Origin: an uncultured delta proteobacterium
GTDB lineage: Bacteria > Desulfobacterota > Desulfobacteria > Desulfobacterales > JAFDCJ01
Reading direction: 5' to 3'
Length of the DNA: 64,000 nucleotides
Assembly (NCBI GenBank): GCA_963769935.1
Contig: CAVYNY010000020.1
Span: 128,001-192,000, forward strand
Within the stretch, counting starts at the first letter, position 1. Every line of letters begins with the position of its first letter. The translations under genes and the position numbers were made by a program. Positions 31,538 to 41,679 of this stretch are shown here, in pieces. The notes beneath the pieces were generated by a model, which saw nothing but the letters and a program-made list of their open reading frames with translations, made no database searches and was not told the origin of the DNA.

Positions 31538-32754
31538 TCAATCCAGCCCGCGGGGTCTCACCCGACTGGTTTCCGGTTTCAGTTCTCTTTTCAACCGGAG
31601 CTTGAGCAGCAGGCGGTTCAGGTAGGTGAAGGGCGACCGCGCCACCTTCAAACTGCCGTGCAGCGCAGCTTCGGGCCGATACAAAAGATCGGCGATGTGG
31701 ATAATCGGAACCGCCTGCTTTAGATAAGCGGCGCAGCCGGCACAGTAGGTAACCATGGGCCGATCGCCGTACTCACGGGCGCGGATACCCGACCAGCTCC
31801 CGGCGAATTCGGGCTTTACATACGCGACCATTCCGCCTTCTCCGCAGCAGACCGTGCGCTTGCCGCAGTGTTCCATCTCCGCCACCGTCAGCCCCATGCC
31901 GGTCAACAGGCTGCGGATTGCCTGCTGTACGTTCGCCTCGTTGCGCAGGGCACAGGGATCGTGCACGACGACCTCCCGGTCGCCGGCACGCGCGCCTTCC
32001 ATACCGCCGGATTCCTGGATGACTTCATAAACCGTCCTGACCCGGATGCCCTGGCCGTGATGCTGAAAAACGTTGAAACAGCTCGGACAGGCTACCAGAA
32101 CGGTCTTGACGCCCCGGCCTGATAAATAAGCGATCATCTCACCGAACATGGATTCGAAATAGGCCCGGCGACCCAGGTCATGGGAAGGTTTGGTGCAGCA
32201 GTCGAGCACGATTCCGATGGCGGGAATGATTTTCTGCAAATGCCGAAACATCCGCCGGGTCACCTCCGGCCGGGTTCCCGGCAGATTGCAGCCCGGGAAA
32301 AATACCGTATCGCAGCCCCGCGGCAGCCCATACCATGAAAACAGAGGCCGAAGTGCCGCGCTTTTCATAGCCTAAAATCGCTCCGGTAGGCGGCTTTGTC
32401 GAAATGGCCGCCGGCCGACATACAGCCGGCGCATCTCCAGAAAAAGGCCGCAGGGATCAAGGTTTTCCGGGCAGACAGCATTGCACAGGCCGCATAAACT
32501 GCATTCATAGGCTATCGCCAGATGCCGGGCGCGAGGAGAAATCAAGACTCCGATCGCATGGCTTTGGGTGTGCCGTAATGGGTTAAAAAGGCACACTCCC
32601 TGGTGCAGGCGCCGCACTCCGTGCAACGTTGCCGGATATCCTTTAGATACGGTTCCAAAGCGGGCGGCGCCTTGGCCTGGAAACCGCTTCGGCACGGCTT
32701 CAAATCCCCTGATTTCCCGCCGGAGCGGTCTCGATTTTTTAATTTTCTGCTCAT
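31538..32754 (-). CDS. (Fe-S)-binding CCG-domain oxidoreductase (HdrD/GlpC-like); frameshifts near 32540 and 32390
   Basis: CTECGACTREC, CSLCGLCNAVCP, FFPGC, CC, ACPSC, HDPC, CCGEGG, YCAGC across three frames. Confidence 0.85.
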
Positions 32755-33287
32755 TCAGACTTTTCCATCGGATAGCCGGCCCCTTTCCAGGCGAAGATTC
32801 CGCCCGGGTAGCGGTAGACATTCTTATAGCCGAGCTTGACGGCCCAGGCCGCCCCGTTGTGGCTGCGCGTGCATTTGACAAACCCGCAGTAGATGACGAT
32901 GGTTTTATTTTTGTCGCTGCCCAGCAGTTTTATAAAATCTTCCTGGGATTTGCCGTCGGTCTCCTGGGTGTTCCACTGGGGCATGTCCGGGATGGGAAAC
33001 AAAAACTGCACCGCGCCCGGCACATGATTTTTTTTGTAGCTGGCCTCATAGGGCATGGTGTCCACGATCACCATGTCCTTGCCGGCATCGATCCATTCTT
33101 TGAGTTCGGCGGTGGCGACCACATCGTATCCGCCCCGCTTCACGTCCCGCACGAGCTTGACCGCTTCGGTTTCCTTTTCCACTTCCTGTTCGAATTTGTT
33201 CTCGAACAGGGCGGCGGCCGGCCCGGCCAGGATGAACACCAGAATACCCGCCATCATCAGTTTCCGCACCGAATTAAATGTACGCAT
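32751..33287 (-). CDS. Exported rhodanese-like domain protein
   Basis: Signal peptide; VDTMP, HVPGA, YCGFVKCTRSH, YPGGIFAW. Confidence 0.9.
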   Translation of the reverse strand: MRTFNSVRKLMMAGILVFILAGPAAALFENKFEQEVEKETEAVKLVRDVKRGGYDVVATAELKEWIDAGKDMVIVDTMPYEASYKKNHVPGAVQFLFPIPDMPQWNTQETDGKSQEDFIKLLGSDKNKTIVIYCGFVKCTRSHNGAAWAVKLGYKNVYRYPGGIFAWKGAGYPMEKSE

Positions 33288-33773
33288 CTTCCGTCCTCCT
33301 TTTTTTTGCCAAGTTTTCTGATTATTAATGTTATCTTTACCGGCTGGATGGTACGGTAGCGGCGCCATCCATACATAAACCCAATTCCCGCCAGCATGGC
33401 CAGGTCACGGTAGAGGGACTCCCTGCAGGCCGTGGAAGGCCTTGGCTTCGGGATCGTCCGGGCCGAAGCAGCCGCAGTCCACGTCCAGCCCCATCCGGAT
33501 GCCGTAGCCCAATATGGCGATAAACAGCAACAGCAAACCGGCGATCACCGCCAGGCTGCCTTCGATCTCGCACAGCAGCCCGATGCCGCCGGCCACTTCC
33601 AGGGCCGGCAGGACGACGGCCACCGGCATGAGCAGGACTTGCGGCAGGATGCCGTAGGCCTCTATCAGAACGGCAAAGGTCCTGGGCTCCAGAAGTTTTA
33701 CGCACCCGGCATATATAAAGATGATCCCCAGACCCCAGCGGGCCAGTTTGTAGATCCAATCAACAGTTTTCAT
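33257..33773 (-). CDS. MauE/DoxX-family redox membrane protein; frameshift near 33420; 3' end approximate
   Basis: ARWGLGIIFIYAG..KL, LPALE, GLDVDCGCFG. Confidence 0.85.
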
Positions 33774-33817
33774 TGTGATGATCCCGCGAAAAAAACGCCC
33801 GGACTCGTCAACCGTCA

Positions 33818-34570
33818 TCATTCCCGGGCGAGAAGTGCCGCTCCCAGGGCCCCGACCAACTGCGGATCCTGCGGGCTCAGAATGCGACGGTCCAGTTTTT
33901 CTTCCAACAGCACCCGCATGCAGGGGTTTTTGGCCACCCCGCCGGTAAAGACGATATCCCCCTCCGACGACACCCGGTTGATCATGCCGGCGGCCCGGCG
34001 AATGACGCTGCTGTGCAGCCCCCGGGCGATTTCCCGCCGGTTCTGCCCCCTGGCGATCAGGGAAGTGACCTCGGATTCGGCAAATACCGTGCACATGCTG
34101 GAAATGTTGAGATCTTTTTCCGCCAGGAGGGCTTCGCTGCCGAATTCTTCGATTGCAAAGCCCAATGTTCGGGCCATGATTTCCAGAAATTTTCCGGTGC
34201 CGGCGGCGCAGCGGTCGTTCATTTCGAATTTTTTCACCCGGCCGTTGTCGAACAGCGAGATGGCCTTGCTGTCCTGCCCGCCGATATCCAGCACGGTGCG
34301 CACAGCCGGGAAAAACGCGCGGGCCCCTCTGGCATGGGCTTTGATCTCCGTAACCGTCGGGGCGTCAAAGGCGATCTCGAACAGGTTGCGGCCATAGCCG
34401 GTTGCCATGACACGATCATAGGCAATTCCGTCGACCAGCTTTTGGGCCTCGTCGATGGGATCAAAGCCGGTGTCGGCCTGCAGGCTGATAACGATTTCGC
34501 CCGCCTCATCCACCACCACCAGCTCGATGGTGCGTGAGCCGATATCAATTCCCGCAAAGCGCATACTCAC
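33818..34570 (-). CDS. ATP-dependent electron-transfer activase (BadF/HgdC family; DCCP-reductase-like)
   Basis: GIDIGS, ATGYGR, DIGGQDSK, MNDRCAAGTG, SMCTVFAESE, GGVAKN. Confidence 0.93.
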   Translation of the reverse strand: MSMRFAGIDIGSRTIELVVVDEAGEIVISLQADTGFDPIDEAQKLVDGIAYDRVMATGYGRNLFEIAFDAPTVTEIKAHARGARAFFPAVRTVLDIGGQDSKAISLFDNGRVKKFEMNDRCAAGTGKFLEIMARTLGFAIEEFGSEALLAEKDLNISSMCTVFAESEVTSLIARGQNRREIARGLHSSVIRRAAGMINRVSSEGDIVFTGGVAKNPCMRVLLEEKLDRRILSPQDPQLVGALGAALLARE

Positions 34571-34802
34571 CTTAACTTCTCATACGATGCTTTCTAAAAT
34601 CCAATGCCGTCAGCCGGAAGCATCTAACCGCAGGGATCGCTGAGTACGCAGAGATAATTTAAACTTTTCTTTCTCAACGTTCTTTGCAAGCTCTGCGGTG
34701 AATTACAGTGTTTCTTATTCGATCAGACAGGCTGCTTTTTTGGGCCAAAACCCAACGCCGCATTCTACAGCAAGCTTTTAAGATGGTCCAAGATCCTGAC
34801 GT

Positions 34803-36086
34803 CTACCGCAGCTGCTCGACAAAAGCCTCAACCCGGGTCTTCAGCTGGCCGATATCCTCCATGCTGTAGTCGGTTTCGATGCGCAGGCAGGGGATATTCT
34901 TTTCCTCCAGCGCTTTTTCCACCGGGATGGATTCCATCAGATACGGCTGGCAGAACTGCAGGCCGTAATGGATCACACCGTCGGCGTGGTAGGCGGCCAC
35001 CATTTCCCGGATATGGTTCAGGCGGTCCGGATTGGGCGTAAAAATGGCGCAATCGACCTTGAAAATAGCGATCCACGATGGCGTCCATCATTTCTTCCAC
35101 GGTCTGACCGGAATCATCTGTAAGGTTGCGGGTGCCGCGCTCGCCCACGCAGGACTCCTCGCCCACGATCACCCCGCCGGCGGTTTCCACAATCAGGGGC
35201 AGCTTCCAGTTGGGCACGGCCTGCGGGCAGCCGGAGACGAGAATCCGCGGGGTCTTGGGCGGGAAAACGCCCTTTTTTTCCGCAATCCGCTGCTCCAATT
35301 CGTCGCAGATTTTATTGACCGAGTCCGTAAACCGGGCCGGATTGTCGTAAAAGAAGACCTGGTTGGCCAGCAGGGCATCCAGGCCGGAGATGGGCGCCGG
35401 GTCGGCCTTACGCAGAGAGTGAGAGCCGATGGATGGCCGCCCGCTTGGCATTGACGGTCCGAATGGCCTGCTTCAGCGATTCGGCCGTGACAACAACACC
35501 CGTCAGTTTTTCGACCGCCGCCTTGAAACGCCCATATTCGGCCCGCAGCAAGTGCTTTGCCGTTTTCGGACTTGACCTGGGGCAGGTCCATCACGTAGAG
35601 GTTGTCAACCAGGGTATCAAGCGTTTCATAGGCCTTTTTCTTGCCGTCGCAGGTGTTTTCCCCCACGATCATGTCCGCGCTTTCCAGGTAGGGGCAGACC
35701 TTGCCGAGTTTAAACCCGAAGGATGATTTAATCAGGGCACAGGTGTTGCGGGGCAGCAGCTTTTCCACATCCTCGGTGGCAAAGTCGGCCCCGGAGCAAA
35801 GCCCCACCAGGGTGGCGTTGGCGGCCAGCACGATCTCCTCGGGCACGAAAACGCAATAGGAGCCGATGATTTTACGGCCGGCGGCCTTTTCGTCCAGCAA
35901 CTCCTTGATCCGCAAACCGTGGACCTCGCTCATGACGAAGTCAAAATAGCCCATCCCTTCCGGGCGGTCTTTCTGAGACAGGTAAATGTCCTGATAAGCT
36001 TTTCCCAAAACATCCAGCAGGGCGTCATGGGCTGCAAGATCGAGCCCCAGATCGGCCCACATCGAACGATAATCTTCACTCATCAT
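34803..36086 (-). CDS. Double-cubane-cluster-type reductase / 2-hydroxyacyl-CoA dehydratase family; several frameshifts
   Basis: YCVFVPEE, GLCSG, PRNTCALIKS, CPY, ENTCDGKKK, EESCVG, FCQPY, IETDYS..D.GQLKTRVEAF. Confidence 0.85.
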
Positions 36087-36300
36087 GTGCTCCTTTCAAC
36101 GATTGCTGCCTTTTTTCCCCCCGGCGGTCAGGCCGGATGGATGCAGCGGTTGCGTGGTTTTTCATTCAGAACGCGGCAGTTTCCGGGAAAGTTCGGCTGG
36201 ACCGATACCGACAGCAAAGATAGCATTTTTGTCCAAATGACGAATTGACGATGGCAGGTTGGATACGATTTTGGCATTCGGCGTCGTCTAACAAACCCGG

Positions 36301-36345
36301 TTAGCTGATTCAATGTCCTCAGGTAAAGCCAAAAACGTCACTCAT
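36301..36345 (-). CDS. Putative selenocysteine leader peptide MSDVFGFT(U)GH(U)IS
   Basis: RBS GAGGT 5 nt before ATG; in-frame UGA at codons 9 and 12; hairpin CTAAC-CGGGTTT-GTTAG; upstream TTGACA at 36433. Confidence 0.55.
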
Positions 36346-36463
36346 GGCGGACCTCGCGGAAGAGTTGCCCTTTCGATCAATTGGGGAGTAATTTTATAGA
36401 AATTTTATCGCATGGAAAATATCGATATGTCAAACAGGAAATTCCGATAGAAATGGGAGGCTG

Positions 36464-37375
36464 TTAAGGTTTTTCCGATAGGAGGAAATCATGCATGGCC
36501 TGGCAGGATGGCGAAGCGATCCGCAGTTTATTGCGAATCAGAAAAAAGCTGCGCGACATCGAAAGTCCTTTGACCTTCAAAGCTTTGAGCAGTCCGGCTT
36601 TAACCTCGGTGTCGATGGCAATGGCGGAGAGGATCGACAGGCCGAGGCCGGATTTGATGCCCTCTTTGACGGCCGTCGAGGAGCCGAAACGGGCGGAGAC
36701 TTGAAGGACGTTGCTGCCGTTCTTATCGGATTCACGCAGATTGGCCTCCAGGATCTTCAGCGTCCCGGAGCCTTCCTCCCGCAATATAAATGGGATTCCC
36801 CGCAGCTCCTGCAGGGAGACGGACTTGCGCCGGGCCCACGGGTGCCGGGCCGGGACGGCCAGCACCAGATCGTCCTCCCACAGTTTCTGGCACAAGAGGT
36901 TGGGGTGCAGACTTTTTTTTCCGATAACCCCGATCTCCAGTTTACCTTCAAGGACCTGATTTTCAATTTCACTGCTGTCCGCGATGGTCAGTTTCACAGA
37001 TAAGTGCGGGTACTTATTCTTAAATCTGCTGACGAGACCCGGAAGAATATACTCACCGGGGATGGTGCTGCCGCCCATGGAAATTTCTCCCTGCTCCAGT
37101 CCGAGAAACTTTTCCATTTCCAATTGGGCCGTTTCTTTCATTTCCAACAGGAGGACGGCATGCTTGTACACTATTTCGCCGGCGGCCGTCGGCACCACTT
37201 TTCTACCCAGGCGGTCCAGCAGCCGGATTCCGATTTTTTTTTCAAGCGAGGCGATCCTTTCACTGACCGAGGCCTGAACCAGAAAAACAGCTTCCGCAGC
37301 CTTCGAAAAACTCTCCAATTCGACTACTTTGCAAAAAATTTCAAGCTCGCGAAAACTGAAATCAATATTCAGCAT
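36464..37375 (-). CDS. LysR-family regulator (selenium-metabolism-associated type by context)
   Basis: SFSKAAEAVFLVQASVS..IASLE HTH; GGSTIPGEYILP; REEGSGT. Confidence 0.9.
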   Translation of the reverse strand: MLNIDFSFRELEIFCKVVELESFSKAAEAVFLVQASVSERIASLEKKIGIRLLDRLGRKVVPTAAGEIVYKHAVLLLEMKETAQLEMEKFLGLEQGEISMGGSTIPGEYILPGLVSRFKNKYPHLSVKLTIADSSEIENQVLEGKLEIGVIGKKSLHPNLLCQKLWEDDLVLAVPARHPWARRKSVSLQELRGIPFILREEGSGTLKILEANLRESDKNGSNVLQVSARFGSSTAVKEGIKSGLGLSILSAIAIDTEVKAGLLKALKVKGLSMSRSFFLIRNKLRIASPSCQAMHDFLLSEKP

Positions 37376-37862
37376 TTTCTGATTCTTCCTAATTAATCCG
37401 CCCTGAAAAATAGCTTCAGAAATTGAATATGGCATTCCGCGGCATTTTGCAAGGGTTGGAATTTTAGTTTGCGTTCAAGCATTCTGAAAAGGATTCTTTT
37501 CCCCCTCGGTCTGGAAGAAGCAATATAACCGGCAGTGCTTCAATGGCCGAGTTGTTTAGGGCTGAGCATTCCGCAAAAGTTTCGGAACCTTTGATTGACT
37601 TTATTGTCGATATCAGTATAAATCTTGAGCAGAAGCGTCAAAAGGGGGGCCACAGATTTTTGCGTAAAAGCCTATTCTTTCATTCTTCCCAACCCATCCC
37701 GGACAACGTACCCGCACCTTTGTCCGAAGACGGCATCCCGGCCTGGGATCCGGTGTTCATACACCCGCTCGCATTCAAAGCTAACCCTTATATGGATATG
37801 TCGCCGAATATATCAGTCTCTCCTGAGGCGGCGTTGTCATACCGATTCCGGAGAGCAAATCC

Positions 37863-39216
37863 ATGACGGAAGCTTGTCGCGAACGCTTGATAATCTTCAC
37901 CCGCTACCCGGAACCCGGTACGACCAAAACCCGCATGATACCGGAGCTGGGGCCGAAGGCGCCGCCGATCTCCAGCGCCGGATGACCGAGCACATTGTGG
38001 CCAGAGTTGTCAAGCTGATCGGGAATTGCGCAAAATGCCGGTGGAGATTCGCTATGAAGGCGGCAGTGAACAATTGATGGCCGCATGGCTGGGGAACGGC
38101 TTTTCCTATTGTCCCCAGGGTGAGGGGGACATCGGGCTTCGGATGGGGCGTGCCCTGGAGCAAGCTTTTACCCAGGAATTCGATAGCGTGGTGATTATCG
38201 GATCCGATATTCCGGATATCACGACCGAAATTCTGCAAAATGCGTTTGAGATGCTTAAACATATTGACCTGGTGCTGGGACCGGCCGGAGACGGGGGGTA
38301 TTATCTGATCGGTGTGCATCGCAAAACTTTCCGCCATTGGAATCCACAATTATTCGGCGATATCAGCTGGGGAACCGAAAGTGTTCTCCCCCAGACGCTG
38401 GCCATTGCCGAAAGATTAGGACTGAATTACCGTCTGCTCGATACACTCAATGATGTGGATCGGCCCGAAGATCTCAGCGTGTGGTATCAGGCTTCAAACC
38501 CGTGCCCCCCTTCAAACAACCCTATATCCCTGTCAGTTATCATACCGACTTTAAATGAAGCGGATACAATCGGTGAAACCGTTGCCGGTATTCGGCCAAA
38601 CAGCCGGACGGAAATCATTGTGGTTGACGGGGGCAGCCGGGACGGAACCGCCGAAATTGCCGAATCCCTGGGTGCCAAAGTGCTCAGGACTTCCCCCCCA
38701 AAGGGTGCCCAAATGAATGCCGGTGCTGCGGAAGCAGGCGGCGATGTACTGTTATTTTTGCATGCCGATACCCGCCTGCCGGAAAATTTCGAGGAATGTG
38801 TTCTGGCGGCTGCTGCCCAGGACGGCTTTTGTGCGGGCGCTTTTTCGTTGGGCATCGAATCATCTAAAAAGGGTCTCCGATTGATCGAAAAAGTTGCCAA
38901 CTGGCGTTCCCGCTTTCTTCAGTTGCCTTACGGCGATCAGGCACTATTTGTATTCCGCGACCGGTTTCAAGAGGTCGGAGGGTACCCGGAATATCCGATT
39001 ATGGAAGATTTCGTGTTAATCCGGCGTCTGAAAAATAAATGCAAAGTTAGCATTTTGCCGCAATCCGTGCAGACCTCGCCCCGACGTTGGCAAAACCTTG
39101 GCATTTTCAGAACCTGGCTGTTAAATCAGCTAATTATCGTTGCCTACTACCTCGGTATATCTCCCCGGCGACTCGCGCAATGGTATCGACGCGACAAGGA
39201 TCAACCCAATCAGTAA
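37863..39216 (+). CDS. Fused DUF2064 (TIGR04282-type) and GT2 (TIGR04283-type) glycosyltransferase; frameshifts near 37950-38035
   Basis: LIIFTRYPEPGTTKTRMIP, IGSDIP, LGPAGDGGYYLIG, DVD.PEDL; then SVIIPTLNE, VDGGS, FLHAD, GDQALF, MED, TSPRRW. Confidence 0.85.
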
Positions 39217-39510
39217 AGAATCCTGGCCCAGAGGACCAAGCTTTGACTTCATCCGAGATGGGTGGTCCTGGCCGTCAGAGTACCCATGGAATAATGGAAT
39301 ACTGGAAAAATGGGATATTGGGAATCAGATGCGGAAATAGGAATTATTTTAATTGTTTGATCTCTACCAACCCTATAAAAACAGATCTCCTTCCACCAAA
39401 CCCAATAAAATCCAACATTCCATTGTTCCAATATTCCATATCATTCATCTACGGCAAAGCCAATCTTCTCTGACCTAGCCCAAAGAACCAGGTTTTCAAT
39501 TTTTAAATAC
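39211..39510. repeat. MITE-like composite element with internal inverted 8-mer arrays
   Basis: ggaataat/ggaatact versus attcca arrays; ends match the short copy at 61347-61393. Confidence 0.65.
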
Positions 39511-39679
39511 AAATTATCGCTAAAGTTTTGTCTGAGACTATCCGATAACATTGAAGTCGGAAAATTTCGGCAAAAGAAAAACAACAGTTGCCGAGCAACT
39601 ATTGGACCTCCAACCAACAATAAAGCGGTTTCATAATCTCAGATCATGAATCCGCTTTTAATTATTTTTGGTTTCATTC

Positions 39680-40624
39680 ATGATGCATGCACACACTCCC
39701 CACAAGATCCTTTTCGAGCGCCCTAATCTCGAAGAATTGACCCGACGCTACACAGTTGTCGACCCCCATTTTCATTCGCACTATTCCGATGGATATAATT
39801 CGGTTCAAGCGATTGCAAAGCGAGCTAGGGAATTGAACATCGGCCTCGCCGTCACCGACCATAATGATATCCGCGGCGCGGTTGAGCTCGACGATCACAC
39901 AGATTTGGTCAATATACCGGGTATCGAAGTCACCTCCCGGGAAGGCACCCACATCCTGGTGTACTTTTATGACATAAAAAGCCTGACAGCGTTTTACCTG
40001 AATGATGTAAAACCCAACATGGGCCACGACATCATGAGTTCAACCAAACTGGAAATGGAGGAAATTATCGTGCGGGCCCGGGCGTATGAAACGGTGATTG
40101 TTTTCCCCCATCCTTACAGCGCCACTTTTACCGGTATTCACAATTCCTATTTCTCGGAAGAGCGGCTGGGCCGGTTATTCGAAATGGTGGATGGGATCGA
40201 GGTCATTAATGCCGAAAACCTCAACAAATGGAATCTGCGCAGCGCCCTGCTCGGGTTCAATCTGGACATCGGGATCACCGGCGGCAGCGACGGGCACCGT
40301 CTGGCTCAGATGGGCAAAGTGGTGTGCTATGCTGAATGCAAAAACAATCGGCAGGCCTTCCTGGATGCCATCAAAAAAAAGCAGACCAAGGTTGTCGGAA
40401 AAGAAATTGATCTCATCCGCAAGGTGACGTCCAACGGGGTCAAATTGCGCACCAATATAAAAAATTGTCCGGACCTGGTAGAAAAGAATCTTAAATACAG
40501 TTATACCTTCTTTAATGCAAAGTCGAAGATATTCAGGGACAACGTCAAGCGCAGTTTAAATGACAGATTTAAGGAAAGACGCAAAAAGCACGCGATGCTT
40601 TATAACAATGAGCGCGCTGACTGA
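39680..40624 (+). CDS. PHP domain metal-dependent phosphoesterase
   Basis: DPHFHSHYSDG, VTDHN, PGIEV, HIL, PHP, GGSDGH. Confidence 0.88.
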   Translation: MMHAHTPHKILFERPNLEELTRRYTVVDPHFHSHYSDGYNSVQAIAKRARELNIGLAVTDHNDIRGAVELDDHTDLVNIPGIEVTSREGTHILVYFYDIKSLTAFYLNDVKPNMGHDIMSSTKLEMEEIIVRARAYETVIVFPHPYSATFTGIHNSYFSEERLGRLFEMVDGIEVINAENLNKWNLRSALLGFNLDIGITGGSDGHRLAQMGKVVCYAECKNNRQAFLDAIKKKQTKVVGKEIDLIRKVTSNGVKLRTNIKNCPDLVEKNLKYSYTFFNAKSKIFRDNVKRSLNDRFKERRKKHAMLYNNERAD

Positions 40625-40658
40625 AAATGCATTCTATTTTCCAGCCTCCCGTTTGGAT

Positions 40659-41057
40659 TCACTCCGCCACATCGCTGTGAGGCGCATGGCTGAAAGCCAG
40701 GATCTTCGCCACCCGCACAACCAGCTTTCTTTCAACCTGGGGCAGGGGAGCGTGTTTTTCAGTTTCCGCCGAGTAACCGTTCATCATTGCCTGCTCCTCA
40801 ACGTTCACCACTTCGCCGAGAAGCTGGTATCCCTTGTCTAAGGGAGGATCCCAGACTACCAGTGAGATGCGCCGATTTTCATCCAGGTTGGCGATAGTAC
40901 CCGGGCAAAACCAGGCCGATACCGTCACATGGTCTTCCGAAGCAGATTGAATTTGGGCTGCAGCGGCGACATGCGGCATGCCGGATGAATCGGCAGTGGC
41001 CACAAACACATGGCCCAGCTTCTGCGCCAGTTTTATTGCTGCATCAAAGTTATTCAT
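40659..41057 (-). CDS. Pyridoxamine 5'-phosphate oxidase-like FMN-binding protein
   Basis: FVATADSSGMPHV, T.ANL.EN.RISL.VWD...GYQL.G. Confidence 0.8.
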   Translation of the reverse strand: MNNFDAAIKLAQKLGHVFVATADSSGMPHVAAAAQIQSASEDHVTVSAWFCPGTIANLDENRRISLVVWDPPLDKGYQLLGEVVNVEEQAMMNGYSAETEKHAPLPQVERKLVVRVAKILAFSHAPHSDVAE

Positions 41058-41176
41058 TTTCCATGCTTCGATCCCGTCAAAGAGCAAAAGAAAAAGGGTC
41101 GTTTAAGATTTGAGGTGCCTTGGTCTGAACCAAAATGATTCATTTTTTGTGAACACCATTTAACGGTTTTTTATTT

Positions 41177-41327
41177 CCTAAACCGGCTTTAAAACCTTTA
41201 GATATTGTTTGAAGGCAAGGCGTGAGGAGGAGAAAAAGCGCAGCGTACACGGAGTACGTGAGCATCTTTCTCCGACGAACAACGCCGTATTCGAGCAAGA
41301 GATGAAGATTTTAAAGCCGGTTTTAGG
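41177..41327. mobile_element. MITE (~150 bp) with ~18-bp terminal inverted repeats
   Basis: CCTAAACCGGCTTTAAAA ... TTTTAAAGCCGGTTTTAGG; structured interior; no ORF. Confidence 0.7.
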
Positions 41328-41514
41328 TTAGTTGGCCGGAGGCCCGGAACTCATCCAAACTCCTTTTTTCAACCAGCACGGCGCCCTTTTCCCGCACGGC
41401 TCTGATCTGGTCAAATTCGATCATTTGATAAATTATCTTGCGGCCGACGCCTATATATTTAGCCGCCTCGCCGACTGTCATCATAGGGAAATATATATAT
41501 GGATCTTGTTTCAT
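41323..41514 (-). CDS. Excisionase-like helix-turn-helix DNA-binding protein
   Basis: MTVGEAAKYIGVGRKIIYQMI (HTH_17 pattern); 63 aa. Confidence 0.75.
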   Translation of the reverse strand: MKQDPYIYFPMMTVGEAAKYIGVGRKIIYQMIEFDQIRAVREKGAVLVEKRSLDEFRASGQLT

Positions 41515-41679
41515 TGGTATTATTATAACCTCTCATAAAATAATAAACGAATCTAACACCTAAACTAAAGCATAAATAATATATGACAAGATATTAATCC
41601 GCCGGACTTCCGATCAGACAACGTTCTTCAATTTTCAAAAAACTATTTACAACTCCTAATGTGCAACCTTTGGGGCGGA

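Noticed and set aside
28726..36086. Additional selenoproteins among YedF, rhodanese, MauE, Fe-S protein and reductase
   Set aside because: The motif positions I checked are Cys codons; the breaks are frameshifts, not in-frame UGA
36330..36375. c-di-GMP-I (GEMM)-like text GAAAGGGCAACTC...GAGTGACG on the minus strand
   Set aside because: Lacks the following GCAAAGC segment and second hairpin; better explained as the RBS and start of the leader ORF
37376..37862. Hidden gene or RNA in the 490-bp LysR-glycosyltransferase spacer
   Set aside because: No motif-bearing ORF or convincing structure seen; likely divergent promoters
41323..41514. Prophage or ICE implied by the excisionase-like gene
   Set aside because: No integrase, att/tRNA site, phage or conjugation genes in the window
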